Of a DNA stretch of 64,000 nt, positions 26,754 through 39,800 are shown one piece after another (position 1 is the stretch's first letter; every line of letters begins with the position of its first letter). Origin of the DNA: Phoronis australis. Taxonomy: Eukaryota; Animalia; Phoronida. The position numbers and the translations under genes were made by a program. Under the pieces are notes generated by a model that ran no database searches, was not told where the DNA came from, and saw nothing but the letters and a program-made list of their open reading frames with translations. The DNA lies in the NCBI GenBank assembly GCA_002633005.1, contig NMRA01000029.1, positions 840,086-904,085 on the forward strand, read 5' to 3'.

Positions 26754-29700
26754 TTAGTTTCCTTCCTGCCTCGCCATTTTCTCACGTTTTCTCGCCTCAA
26801 GGCGCGCCTTCAAGTCTTCCTTCCGGCGCTGCTTGTCGTCATTCATGAGCAAACGCAGTTCATCTTCCTTTTTCTTAGTTCTTCCGATCACAGAGTCTGC
26901 TCTTTGGAGAGAAAATCTCCTCATTGTTTCCTCCTAAAAACAAAAGTTCCTTTTCATTAAAAGTCTATAACAAAAATTAAGTCCGAAGGTCGCGATCCAG
27001 CATACAATGACAGTTTCAAGGAGAAGACGTAAATTAAAGCAATTAGGGAGATGTTATATCAAATCGGTCCGAAAGATGACCATAATGTACACATGGTGTA
27101 GGGTACAGATTTGTCTAGGCTTTACGCACTACCCCGACAGTATACCTGTAGTGCAAACGAAAATTTGGTGTCCAAAGGCACAAAGTACCTTGACATCGAC
27201 AATAGAAAAATGTATTTTTGTCAATTTTATGAAGTCAGGACAATCTTTGAAAGGATCACAGGAGTTTTGGGTGGTCCAGCAGATAGTGCAGCCGAGACAG
27301 AAATATATTTCAACTGAAAAAACACTTATGCGTGCACTTGCATTGATCACCGTCCCTGCTGAAGGGCTGCGTTCTAAATGACCTCTCGAACAACAGTTGA
27401 AGGAAGAAATGACTGTTACCAAAGTATGACTTTGTTGAGTCAATCAGCTAAAGAGGAGGGATGATAAGAAGATTGGATGGGCTTTAGCGTCTAGTTATGT
27501 GTCAGCTCTGATGCATATGTAGGTCAAGGGCGATTCGTTCTCCTAATACTCGCGTCAGTGTTCCACTGGCACTGACTAATAGAAAAGCTCTTCCTCGCTT
27601 TTCTTGTCAGTTGCAGTCGTTAAAACGACTATACATCCGCCTTCCACCACAAAAATAGACATTTGGTTTAGACAACTCACTCCTATAAAATTGGTCTCAA
27701 GTTGTTCCTTTGTCAAAATGGAGAAGATTTCGCGGTTTTAAATCTGTTAGCTCGTTATTGTTTAAGACCAGGCTGAACAAATTGGCATGTCATGACGTGT
27801 CATTTTAGCGCCACGCTTTCGTCAGTTCTTTGCAAACCCAGAAACCACTTCCCGTTTCCGCACGGATTTGGTCACGACCAATTTTAGTATAACGGTAAGT
27901 GGCATGGTCTAAATCAAAACCTTGCATCTCGACGCAGTGAGGGCTTATGTCAGTTTTCACATCTATATACGAACCAGTAATTGTTACTTACCTCCTGTTT
28001 CACCTGCTGGTGGAGCTCACGTAAACCTTGCTCACTGTCTTCATTCTGAGCGACACTTTGTCCATTTTCAGCATTCTGAGCGCTTTCATCTTTCTTTAGT
28101 TTCGTCTGCTCGTTCATCTGTTTACGCTCTTTCAATCTCTGGCGCAGTTTTCTCGCGCTTTCTTTGTTTTCGTTCTCGCGTTGTTTTCTTATCCAATCAG
28201 AGTTGTCATTGTGATCTTTCATTAGCTCCAGAAGAATGTCGTCTGTCAGTTCCTTGTTTTTCTTCTTTTTCTTCAAATCTCTGTAGAATCGCTCGTCGAG
28301 TTCGGCCAATTCCTAATGGATTGAAAATTCATGTCATATTCGTCTATCTATCGATGAAAATAACTGAGAGTTTCGCATAATTAGTGGCAGAGTTTAGATG
28401 ACACAAAAACTCGACTTAATTTAAAGCAAAACAGGTAAGTCAGAACGGCTATCAACAGAATTAAACAAATGCGAATGTTATTTAAACACTTTAGAACTTT
28501 AGGCTGTAATTTTCAGAACCGGCCTGTTAAGTAAAACTTACGTTTTCTAGCGCTATTTCTTTCAGCGATTTATCTGTGTACTGATCCAAATTTTCCGCTT
28601 CACCTTTTTTCACTTTGTTTCTTTTCTTACGTTCTTCCAATCTCTTTTTAATTTCCTCTTCGTTCTTGTACTTATCGAATTGTCTCTTCCGAAGAAGAGC
28701 TCTCCGACGTTGGTGATGTTTTTCGAGGAGTTCTTTTAATTCATCTTCAGTCATGTCGTCTCTATGTTCAAAAATTTCTTGTCGGACGGATTGCAACTAG
28801 AAGATAGTACACGAAGTATTCATTTTTGTGCAGGAAGTGATAGCAAAGTTTCCGGACCGATAAAGAATTCCATTGAGATAAGAATATAAACCCGCCTTCC
28901 ATTAAAGAAAACAACTTTTGATTCATACCACTTAGTGCCGGTCTCAAATTGTTCCCTAGTCAATCTGGAGATGAGATAAGGGCTTTCAATGAACTGACGG
29001 TTGGTTATTGCTTGAGACAAGGCTTTACACGTTGACTTGTCATGGGGTGACATTGCATGCGACAATCATGGTCTTGACGAATAATAATTCAGTTTTTGCA
29101 AACTTATAAATAACTTTTCATATGAGTAAGGAACAAGTTGAGACCAATTTTGCACCCATAAGTGGTCTAAACTAAGTGTTTACTTCTTGGACGGAACGCG
29201 GGTTTCTAGGGTAAGAGGGAGAGCACAAAAAGAGCGACGTATAATTGAATGCACAATAGTGTCGCTAGGAAAACCGTTGCAATCTCTTTTACATTCAGTA
29301 AAACTATGTCATTGGTTTACATCGGGAATTAGCAAGCAGTTACCCAATATCATAAACGGATGAACGGCTGTTCACCAGAGCTCTCTCTCTCTCCAAAAAT
29401 GATAATGCAAAATTACCTCGGTGTCATTTTTGAAGGAGGCATGGTCGTCTTCAGTCTCTTCTGTTTTCTCATTAGTTGACTGCAAAACATGAAAAGAATG
29501 ATACCCTTACTTTCGATCCATTAATATGGCGGGATCAAGTCTAATTCAGCGTAACGCGTTTTTGGGCCCAAGAAATCACACGTGACTATTAAAAGTCACA
29601 TATGATTTCTTGTGGCCAACGGAATTGCGATTTCATTATTAGCAATGTTCACTTTGTTTTCCCCAGTTTAGAACTCGTAAAGAGTTTCAGCAATCGAGAG

Positions 29701-32700
29701 ACATTAGATAGAATATAAGAACGTTTCCAAAATAATAGGTCGGTGTGTATTCCGGTTTTTACTGACAATGCACGTTAAATTAAGTTCAAAACCATTCAAA
29801 TCTAGCGGCCATTTTCACTCTACCACAAAAAAATGCAAAAACTTGACTGTGAAGATTTCATATTCAATTCAGACACTTGATTACGTGTTGAAAGCGCGTC
29901 ATATCCTATCTTTAACTTACCGCACCAGCCTTGGATTTTCGTTCCTTTAATTTACTGTCTATTATACCAAGCTGTTTCAGCCTTTGCTCTTCTTTCTTGT
30001 TTTCCAACTTCGCCACGGCCGCCAGGTGACTCTCCAGAAGCTCCCTCACCTCATTTTCGGACAGGTCCTGTTTGGTTTTGAACTTACGCAAGAAGCTTTT
30101 GTCCATAATTTGCACCGACTGGAAGGAAATGTTGACGGAGGTTAATTCATATTCTCACATATAAATTGATAATAACTATTAATTAAGTATTAACTGAACA
30201 CTTTCAAATTTTTATTAACAATTTCATCAATGTTGGCAGCCACTGAATTAGATAGGGGTAAATTTTCCACCCAGCACCAGTTTTACGTTTGTTAAATTAC
30301 GTAATGTTTGTGCAATAACGTGAACAGCATAATCTTTGACTTCTTGTTTTGGTGTTTTATGTCTCGCCTTAACGTTGAAAATTCTTCACGAAAATACATA
30401 TCTTTAATCAAAAACTATGATACATGGTTAGGCCAATTCAGAGAAACCAAGGCGAATTTTCCCAACGTGATTAAACCAAAAGATACAACAAAAATTATGA
30501 GTCTTGATAGGTTGGGCATAAGACACGTCATTCAAATTTTGACGGGCCACGGTAACCGAGCCTGACTTGGACACATCACTGTGCATATGAGGAGCCCAGT
30601 GTGTCCCCAGTGTAGTACTGATGTTGAAACCCCTTGCACCATGTAGAGTCTTGCCCAGCTTTTTATAGGCTAAGGAGTAACCTGCTGGATGGCACAGTTG
30701 CATGCCTACAACATATAGTGCATGGCAACAAACTGAAAGTCTGTCTCATGTGCTTTCTTAAATGAGACAGGCAGACTTGAAAACTTCCTTCACGAAGTAC
30801 CTGCTGATTGATAACGAGGCTCTCGTGTTTTTAGCCCAGGCGTATTTTGCAGTGGGCCCAACTATGAGGCCTGCCTACGTCTGATGCACCCCAAATCACA
30901 GAGCACATGCACTCTTTTTTTCTCAGGACAACCGTGTATATTTTCAATGCACAGTTCTGTGATCTTGCGTACAACCTGCAACGTCTTGATTCACAAGCGG
31001 TTTACCCCGTTACGCCAAAACTGGTTGTCGTAAATTTTCGACATGTAAGTGAGAGAGAGCCCATAATATTCGGTCTGAATACACTAACGGGAAGTTGAGA
31101 TTATCAAAGACTTCTCCATAAAGATGGTTTGTTTGTAATAAATCGGAACGTTTGATATGGATATGCCAATCTTCACGTGTGCGCTTGTGATCAGACCCCT
31201 TGCTACTATTTTGGCCAAGAGAGAAAAGCAACAAAGTTGAGATTAGCATACAAAGTAAATGGCGCATCCGATGAGAATTTCAGTAAAAATATAGCAGTTG
31301 AGAATCTAGTGTCAACATTCTATGTTTTTAAGGTAGCTTCATAAACTTACTCGAGTCTTAGAGTCGTCATCCATCACTTCATCCATGAATGTTTGAATTT
31401 CGGTGTCAGTGACGTAGATTGTTCTGGTTTCAGTTTGCACAGCGATGGACCCCTGAACGGCCTTTTCGTCTTCGTTGCTTGCCATTTCTTCCTGAGCCTA
31501 AAGTAAAAAATCGACTCAACTTGAGGTTTCGTCAAGTGTTCATATTAGTAAATAGTAATTTGAAAATTCAGTTTCACATTGAAAGTGTTTTGAAAGTAAT
31601 ATGGAACACGTGTAGAAAATGCGTGGTAACGGGAAAAATCCTTCACTTCTCTTGAGCGTTCATAATCGTTTGAACAAACTTCAAGAATTGAGGTTTGTGC
31701 CACGCAGCATTACTTTTACCTGTGCTTCCAAACGCTTTTTCTTTCGATTTTCCAACTTTTGCTTCAGAGTTTCGTTTGACTTGAATTGTTCCATAGATTG
31801 TTTGTTGTTCAGTGACTTTTGCTGCTCCCTATAGAGGGCCATCAGGTCTTTAAAGTCATCACGTGACAGCTTTTCCTTCTTCTTCAGAATACTCCGTTGG
31901 AGAATGTCCAGCAACTCCTTTTCGTTCACCTGTAATAGCCATTATTTTCATGAAGGTAAATGTCAAAAAGAGATTGTCTGGTGGACTGTTCCCGAACATT
32001 TGTACCTATTTACACGAACTGTAATAAAATGTACCACTCTGCTGCTTCTGTTGTAAAGGGCAAGCAAGAGACAATAGTTTCCAACGCGAGTACACCGAAG
32101 ACGAAAAGCGAACTTCATGACATGAACAACAGAACAGAAAACATAGCAACAATAAATTCAGACAGAACCTCATGCTGAAAGATTGGATGAGGATGATGAG
32201 TAGAGAATTCAGTTCTGCTGACTGTTGCAAATTATCACTACTAATAACTTACGTCGTCTTCTTCGAATACTGGAAGGTCCACTTCACTTTCGCTCTGAAA
32301 TGAAAATGGCGATTCAAAAACATAGAGAGTGTATCAGAACATATGGGACGAATAAACGTGTGTGGCTGATGAATTCACGTGACTGTCCTCTCTAAGACTT
32401 ATGTTGTAATTAAGACACGTTTACATATAGTAAAAAAAAAATCAAGAGTTACTCTTATAGTTTTGATCATCGTCTCTATTCAGTTTCAAGCATTAGACCG
32501 ATAGTTGGTGAGTAAACTGTGGATTGAAAAGAGATTGAAAGACAACTGTTGCATCACCCTTTGAGAGACATTTGGAAAAACAATGTCTGTTGCCGTTGCA
32601 AAAAATTCTTTAAATATGGCCTCGTTTCTAACACACCTGTTCGACATCATCCGCATTTTCAACAGAGACCCTTTTTAGGTCTTCCTTATGTTGTTGATGA

Positions 32701-35700
32701 CCTTCATTTACAGGTTCCGCGTCTTCTTCATGAAAGTCGTCCTCATATTCACACTCGTCATCGTCCAGTGTAACGCCAACATCGACACCTATGTTATTAT
32801 CAGTAGGAGAATCAAGAACCTTTTCACCCTTGTTTTCTCGACTTAAATCGTCCAGACCCTGATCACGTGCTTCGACTTGAACAGTTCGGTTGTTTACTGT
32901 ACTGTCCTTCTCAGACGTCACAGGACTTTCTTCGTTATTGCGCGCATGACTTTCGCCGTGTTCGTCTTTCTCGGCTTGAATAGGACTATTTTCTTCGGTA
33001 ATAATGTTATTTCCGTTGCGTGTTGTTTCTGAATCGATTACGAGTTTCGTATTAATAACATTGTTAGATGTTTTAACAGCGTATTCCTTCGTAACAACTT
33101 CTTTTTCAGATTGTCTAAGCACAAGCTTTGTCTTCAGCTGCTTCCGTAGATTTTCTCTCTCCAACTGATGCTTTCGTTTCAGCTTCTCTCTATTTTCCAT
33201 GTGAGCATGAAGGATGTCGGTGATGTATTCGTCACATACAGTATTCTTCTTCCCGGCTAATTCGCGCGCGTACTTCTCATCTGCTTCGTCAATTTCCTGT
33301 TGGTAGAACATTAAACTCATACATATATAAGTGACTTGGAAGTATTGTTTAACTTGATTAGAAAAATTCTTTGATAATTTATTTCATAACAGCAAGGAGC
33401 AAAAATGATGCATTAAAATACGGCCTTCTTTCATTTTCTTAGAAACAACTAATAAACTGGTGCAGTAGTGCATCTCCAACATTGTATTCACCGAAAATTA
33501 TTGTTATTATGCTTGAGATGAAATTAATTATGGTAACACAAATTGGCATTTTAAGGAAATCAAAATACCTTTTGACCAAGCCGCCTTAAATGAAATAGTG
33601 TGAAAAATATCTGAATAGAAATTTCTTACCAATTTCTGCTTTAGTTGGATAGTATGCCATTCTTCGTGACTAGAATATTCTTCATCATTTGATTGGCATC
33701 CCTGAAAGATTTTGGGTGAAGATTTTTCAAATCTATTTTCAAAGTCATTCAACCACAACACCTTTATGATAGGTTTCCAACCAAACTTCCCTTACACCAA
33801 TACAACTTGAATTTTTACTTCATATATGGTATTTCATGTGTTATTTTCATACGACACATCTGCAGGAACTCGTCACTTACACACACACGTGACCAAGTGC
33901 CTTTGAAGAGAGTAACCGGTCACGTTATCTAAGATCTTCGGACTGAAGCCTGCATTTGGCCCTTTTCTTAAATAGGGTGAAATGTAGCTTTCAGTTAAAA
34001 CCACCTAAAAACAGAAGTCTTTTACTCACATAAAATCAGTCTTATAGTATTCCTTACCCTCATAGGAATATATTTTCGTTACCAGGAAGAACATTGAGCC
34101 CCCAGAGACACAAGAAAAGGCTTCAGAGTTTATTTGAGTTGGCCAAAAATAAAATTGCGAATTAGAAAATGGCGAACGAACGCATTGCCTGTTACCTGAG
34201 TTACTGGCTACTCAACATTCAAGATTTGATGAACGTGAGAAGTTTAAACTCCAACGCGCCTCAGTTTTAAGAATTCGACACTTACAACTAAACAGAGACG
34301 ATTGAAATGCAGCTTTAATTAACTAAATTTAGAACAAAGAATACAGTGGCAGACTTAGAGGGAGGGGGGCCATATGCCCCCCCCCCTAAAATTCTCCCAT
34401 TTTCCATTTGGCAGTTCGGGGGTGTGAATGTCTGACGAGCAAAATCCTGGCTAATACTATACCCTGCTCCCCCCCAACTCAAAACTCTGCATCCGCCCCT
34501 GAAATAAGACCTTGAATGATAGATTTATTAGTAAAGTGTGTAATGTATGGTTAAATATAGCAAAAAAATGTCCATTGCACGCGCAGTGGAATAAATTGGG
34601 AAATGCAGGATGAAGTGATCCTGGGAACGTTTGAGGTCATCATACGTGTAAGCGTACCTTAGTAACAAATCATGCAGATTCTTGTCTACGCGTGCATGCA
34701 GAAAGTTTTGTTGAATTTCTGTTTATAATATTCTCACCTGATTCTGGTCGTGAGTGTTACGCCGCAGGTCCACAAACTGCTGCAGTATAATTACGATAGG
34801 GTGGACAACGAGATCAGCGCTGTGTTTCTGACTTAACAACGACACCAGCTGCTGCTTCAATTTCTGAATCTCCTGAAATATCAACCGTTGATAACGTTGT
34901 GCACTCGACATCTTTATTCGTAAACTGGTCGCAATCTGATTTATTCTACTTCACAAGTCACTAAAAGTAAAAGAATAACACCGTTGGTTTGTACGGAGAT
35001 ATGATATAATTAAGCTTCACTTTTGAAAGTGTCTCAAGTTCTGTATTTCGGACATTCCTCATGCGCGCACCCACCCAACCTAAAATATAGGGGGGTTCGA
35101 ATTTTTGGCAATGGGGACCTTTTTCTAACAAAAATACGGGGGACTAGAAAAAAACGGGGAACCACGTTCAGAGCTATGAATTGTACATTCGCGCCGTTTC
35201 AGTGGACTTTCGGACTTCTTGTTTCTCTGAGGCGGACCTTTTTGCCCACTTCGTCAAATGGGGGGGTCGTTCGACCCCCCCGAGCACCCCCCATGTGCGT
35301 GCATGTGTCCATTTTTGTAACCTACACCAATCAAGCAATTTGTGCTGGTGGTCATTAAAAAACATCAAGGTCTACTTACTGTCAACAATTTTTCTTCTTT
35401 ATCGTCCACACTGTTTCCCGCTTCGACAGGAGATGTACTAGAAACGACCAAGGTAGCGGAGATTTTTCTGTTACTGCTTGATGACGAACTTGGTCGGGAG
35501 CGCCGTTTTAATTTTCGTTTGCGTTTTTTCGATGGAGTGGAGCTGCACGATTCGCTTGACGAGCTCGTGCTAGACGAGCTCGTGCTTTCGTCGAGCTTTT
35601 TATCGCTTTTTGAAGACTTTTTTCTGGCGCTTTTTGAAGACTTTTTTCTGAGGTCTTCAAATCGATTAACACTTTTTCGAGACTCTCCATTGCTCGTCAT

Positions 35701-36831
35701 ATCTGCGTTTGCTTTCAGGGATTTGTTGTTATTTCTCTCGGAACTTGAAGTTGTAGAACTGCCACAGTCAAATTCAGCCCTCGCGCCTGATTCGCGTTTG
35801 GTATTCGACGCAAACTTGCTGTTCTCTGAGGACGGGTCATTCATACTTTCGAAATACCTTGTCAACTTTTCTACTTCAGGCGGATTGTTATTGCATTCTA
35901 CTTGTTGTGCGTCTTCATTTTCCTGTTTGACGTCGTTGACATCACTGTCGGTACTTTTGCTCGATGAAGTACTGTTACTTTTCCTATTGTCTATTGTGTT
36001 GATATGAATAGACGTCCGGTACGATTCGCCATTGTCTAAATCATACGTACCGCGCATGCCCAGTTTAGCAGACGATGTGAAATTGTAAGAGTAGGGGTCC
36101 GCAGCGGAATCACGAGACTGGTTATCACCGTGAACCTTTAGAATCTGATAGCCTTTCGGTGATTCAGTCTCTGCAGTTGTTGGCATTTGGTATCCACTCG
36201 GTAGTTTATAACTCAGCGAATTTTGTCTTCGCAACCCTTGCCTTTCTGCAGGCTTATTTTCCTCGTCGTCATTTTCGTTATCGGAATTGTTTGTTCGCGA
36301 TGGCGACAAATGAAAAGAAACAGAGCTGGCGTATCCAGACGATTTGTGCTCAGATTTACCCTCCTTTTCTTCATGGCTAGATTCGTCGTAGTTCACTTTG
36401 CTTGGGGTCTCAATCATGTACCCTGTTGGCAGTTCATAATTCAAAGAGTACCCTGTATTTTCTCTGTTAAAAGATGGGGTCTTTGGCCTATGTCGAGGAT
36501 TGACAGAAATGATAGCACAGCTCTGGGTCTTCGACACTGAAGGCCGTTCGCGTTTTCGAATACTAGAGTAGATTGTGGTGACTCGCTCACTGTCTTGTTG
36601 GTATTGGAAAACTGTTCGTTTCGGGGGAGAGGTCCACGGGCGTGGCGGATTGCTCTCACTCGGTTGCGTCGTGTATGTGTTGATTAAAGGTGCGTTTTCT
36701 TTCTCATCTTCATTCAAATGGTTTTCTTTTGATGCCCCACGTTCAATCGAAGTATGGTAAACTTTTTCACTTTCCAACTGCCGATATCCTACCACTATGG
36801 CACCTTGAGAACCGCAACATGCGTTACCCAT
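26754..36831 (-). CDS. Uncharacterised ~1,240-aa protein: N-terminal MGNACC acylation motif, Ser/Lys-rich disordered region, C-terminal charged helical repeats
   Basis: Minus-strand exons 36831-35380, ~34935-34738 (acceptor uncertain), 33296-32637, 32294-32253, 31929-31720, 31497-31351, 30118-29921, 29479-29417, 28796-28542, 28312-27992 and 26933-26754 (TAA). All have GT/AG ends, all are phase 0, and the frame is open throughout. An acceptor lies at 36834-36836 just before the ATG, with a likely 5'UTR exon donor (CAG|GTAAGT) at 39491. Confidence 0.75.
27655..27920. mobile_element. MITE-like element with degenerate terminal inverted repeats; related inverted fragment at 29128-29188
   Basis: atttggtttagac...aaaattggtctcaag on the left pairs with gaccaatttt...gtctaaatcaaa on the right. 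29128-29151 (aaggaacaagttgagaccaatttt) matches the reverse complement of 27687-27710 at 23/24. Confidence 0.5.
30420..30810 (+). mobile_element. Decayed 3' end of a non-LTR retrotransposon ORF2 (CCHC-type C-terminal zinc knuckle)
   Basis: Translation: RETKANFP...IMSLDRLGIRHVIQILTGHGNRA*LGH...SPVCPQCSTDVETP, then a frameshift to LHHVESCPAFYRLRSNLL, and later FLNETGRL. The LTGH...CxxC(x8)H(x3-4)CP...R pattern is typical of ORF2 C-termini in I/LOA/R1-like clades. It carries stops and frameshifts and is antisense to the host gene. Confidence 0.7.
34344..34501. mobile_element. MITE (CAGTGGC...GCCCCTG ends), copy 1
   Basis: Starts cagtggcaga and ends tccgcccctg. The whole element is the reverse-complement homologue of 44304-44470. 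Confidence 0.75.
35060..35305. mobile_element. MITE with catgcgcgcac / gtgcgtgcatg terminal inverted repeats
   Basis: 11-bp imperfect TIRs and internal gggggttcga / ggggggtcgttcgacccccc motifs. Confidence 0.55.
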
Positions 36832-39800
36832 ATCTGAAAAAAAACAAGGATTATAATTTTTTATTTAGAGTCGAGAATTCATTGTACCCATGCACGAATT
36901 TTGGTTTGTGTAGCTGCGACATTGCCGTACTGTTTCAAACACAACCGAAGTCTGTTTCATAGAAAGCGACTCGAGACTTAAGTCAGAAATTAGGTCTTAA
37001 GTTCCTAACACCTATTTATGAAGAAGTAATTAAATGGCACTTGAGCAAAAGTGTTAGTTACTAAGATAATTTATATATTTTTCCAGACTGGGATGCGGAC
37101 ATAATTGCATGGCCTTGTCTTAGTTCTAAGCTGGTTTCCATGACCAGATTCATGGTAATTACGCGCACGCACAATTCTAAGTTGTTAAGCACTGTTCATA
37201 CACCTAAAGCTTCAACAAGTTGAAGGATGTTCTTTAGTGATCCACAGAAATCGAGTAACGGTTATTTCGGAGCGATGCCGTCGCATACGAGCTTAAAAGG
37301 ATTCGAGCCTCCGTCCCACGGGTTTATCGCAAAGGCGACGACATGCCATTTCTAGGATATCGCTGATTTTCCGATATCCTAGGTACGCCAATGCTTCCAG
37401 ACAAAAGTACTGATGAGTTGGCGGATAAACTTAAAAACATATGAGCCTGTATGCCCCAGTCAAAATCTAAATTATCAAGTGATAAATTTGAAGTGATGGA
37501 TACAGTTTGGGATGAGATTCGAATAGAAATTAAGCCAAAATTTTAGATACTAAAAGCTTAAGGCAATCGTGTTTTGGAAGTTTCACGAAAATTCTGCTAA
37601 TACATGCCATTGACACAAAAATGTCACAGCTATATTGAACACGTACCCCACTCAATTAGATATGTAAAAATAAAAGTGTAGAAATATAAATAAATGCTAA
37701 TCTGTTCGAAATACACTATTTTGGATTTAATTGCACAATAGACCAAAACCCCTTCATCCCGGAATACACAAGGGTGCGCAAGACACCTATATTTTTAAGA
37801 CTGTTGCATCGCTAGAAACTGGCACTTTACTGATGATGTTGCTACATTCCCATGGCTATTGTTTTATTCCGAGAAACTCGCGCGTTGTTATTAGCAACAA
37901 TGACCGTACAGTCTTTATTAAACAATCAACTCTCTAGCTTTATACATGCACAAGACGCTCACGTTGTCTAACCCTTGAGAAAACCGATAACAGCCATCGG
38001 CGAAGGGGAGGGGGTGTTATGTTAAATTCTCATTCACTCTAAAAACTCTCCACCCTAGACCCCAAATCATACACGAACTACACCTAGGCCGGGTTACCCG
38101 TAACCCAACCTGTCTTCAAACGTCCCCCATACCCTAACCTTTGTACCTGGCAACAACAGATACAAGAGTTGTATGTTGCTCGGTATATTCATAATTCATT
38201 CAGTTGTCTTGTTCGTGAGATACTGACGACGCCCAGTGCTCAGTGGAGCGAACTTTTAACAAAACATCTGTGAATTATTGTGCTTGTTGTGAGGTATCGT
38301 GAATTTAACGTACCTTTCAGTAGATGTGTGTAAATCGTTCCCAGACAACGCCATGTAGCGTGACAAAGCATGTACGAAAACTCTTTATCTCTGGATTATT
38401 ATTCGTACGTGTGTTTTCGCTACTATTTCGAAAGATCGACTAGTTTCAATCGCGAACAATCTTCAAAAAAGTATCTGCATGCATAATTAAATTCATAAAC
38501 CGTTAACCTTTGCAAAAATTATATCCCAGCTTCTTTTCAAGCAATGAACTACATTGCAGAGTAAAACAAGCATTCCTGTTAATACATTTAACGCATTAAA
38601 TTTTATTATCACAAAATTTTATTTCTATTCTCTTGAGGTCACGTAATACCACTTTATTTACAGATTTACAATAGACCATAGAACACACTAAAATACAGGG
38701 ATTGGAATGGGTTTTTTCAATCGAGATTGACCGTGGAGAAACGTTTCGCAACATAATGCAATTTTCACGGCTTTGAAGCCACCTGTTTCCACATTTTATG
38801 GTAGTGACCAGTAGAACGAAGTAGTTAATATTCGACAGTTTATCGTTTGAGTCTGGCATTACGGCATGTTTTGTGGTGTATTTCTAGTCGATGTGTTATG
38901 TATAAATGTCTGCGCTTGAAATAGTCAAAAAATTCTGCTTCAAATGAACGAGGTGATTGATCCAAGGAACCCTGTTTTTGCCAATTTTATCACCCAACTG
39001 TGTGTCTTAGCCGGATGTCATTTAATTTGACTCTGATTCTTAAGATTCATTGGTAAAGTACGCCAAATATCTATAATTTTTTAAAAATTACTTGCGTTTC
39101 CACAATAAAGGTGGTTTGCTGAATCTACGTGAACTATGACTTTGAGAGGAAGGCAATGAAACTTCAGGCCATCCTCGATGTCCTCTTCCCAGTTGGTTAA
39201 AATGTGATCTATAGTTTTAGCTTGAAATTTGACCACATCTATTCCATGTTATAAGCTGACGGTTTGTGATCTGTATAGCTCCCATAACATATCGCAGAGG
39301 TTTATGTCGTTTTAACGAATGTTTTTGTCATAAGTTGTAAAATTACGTTCATAAGTGCTGAACTCACATCGTGCATTTGTTCAAATAAGTGGTGTTCGCT
39401 CAGTGACTGGCGGACGCCTGTTATCGAACGTCGTCCTGTCGCTTATCTCAAAAGTTTATAGCAACAGAGACAAATAAGACAAGTTACTTACCTGTGTCTT
39501 TTAATTTTCAACCTTAAATTACCCTTTTAGAAATTATCACCCGGTGAAGTTCTTCCGACACAGGTTGCATACTGGTTGATAAGTCGCCATGTTGGTAAAT
39601 GTGTATTGAGTTTATTTTCTAACAACAGCCTATGCACAAGGTGTATATGGTCATTGTCAAGCGATGAATACTAAGTCAATAAAATCTCCTCTCTTGCCAA
39701 CCTTTACCTAAATAGGTCACGTTTGTCACCACTCGCTGATTGAAATTTACAGGTAGATCAATATGACGGTTGACAGGCCAACCAAATTTCCGTGGAGATC

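Noticed and set aside
27007-27443. Overlapping 100-124 aa ORFs inside an intron of the orphan gene
   Set aside because: No recognisable motif or splice support; possibly a decayed repeat.
35342-36007. 221-aa plus-strand Leu/Phe-rich ORF
   Set aside because: It is the antisense shadow of the Ser/Lys/Glu-rich minus-strand exon.
37352-37382. Hairpin ctaggatatcg-N9-cgatatcctag with nearby tRNA-like 'ggattcgagcc'
   Set aside because: No cloverleaf could be built; it is probably a repeat remnant.
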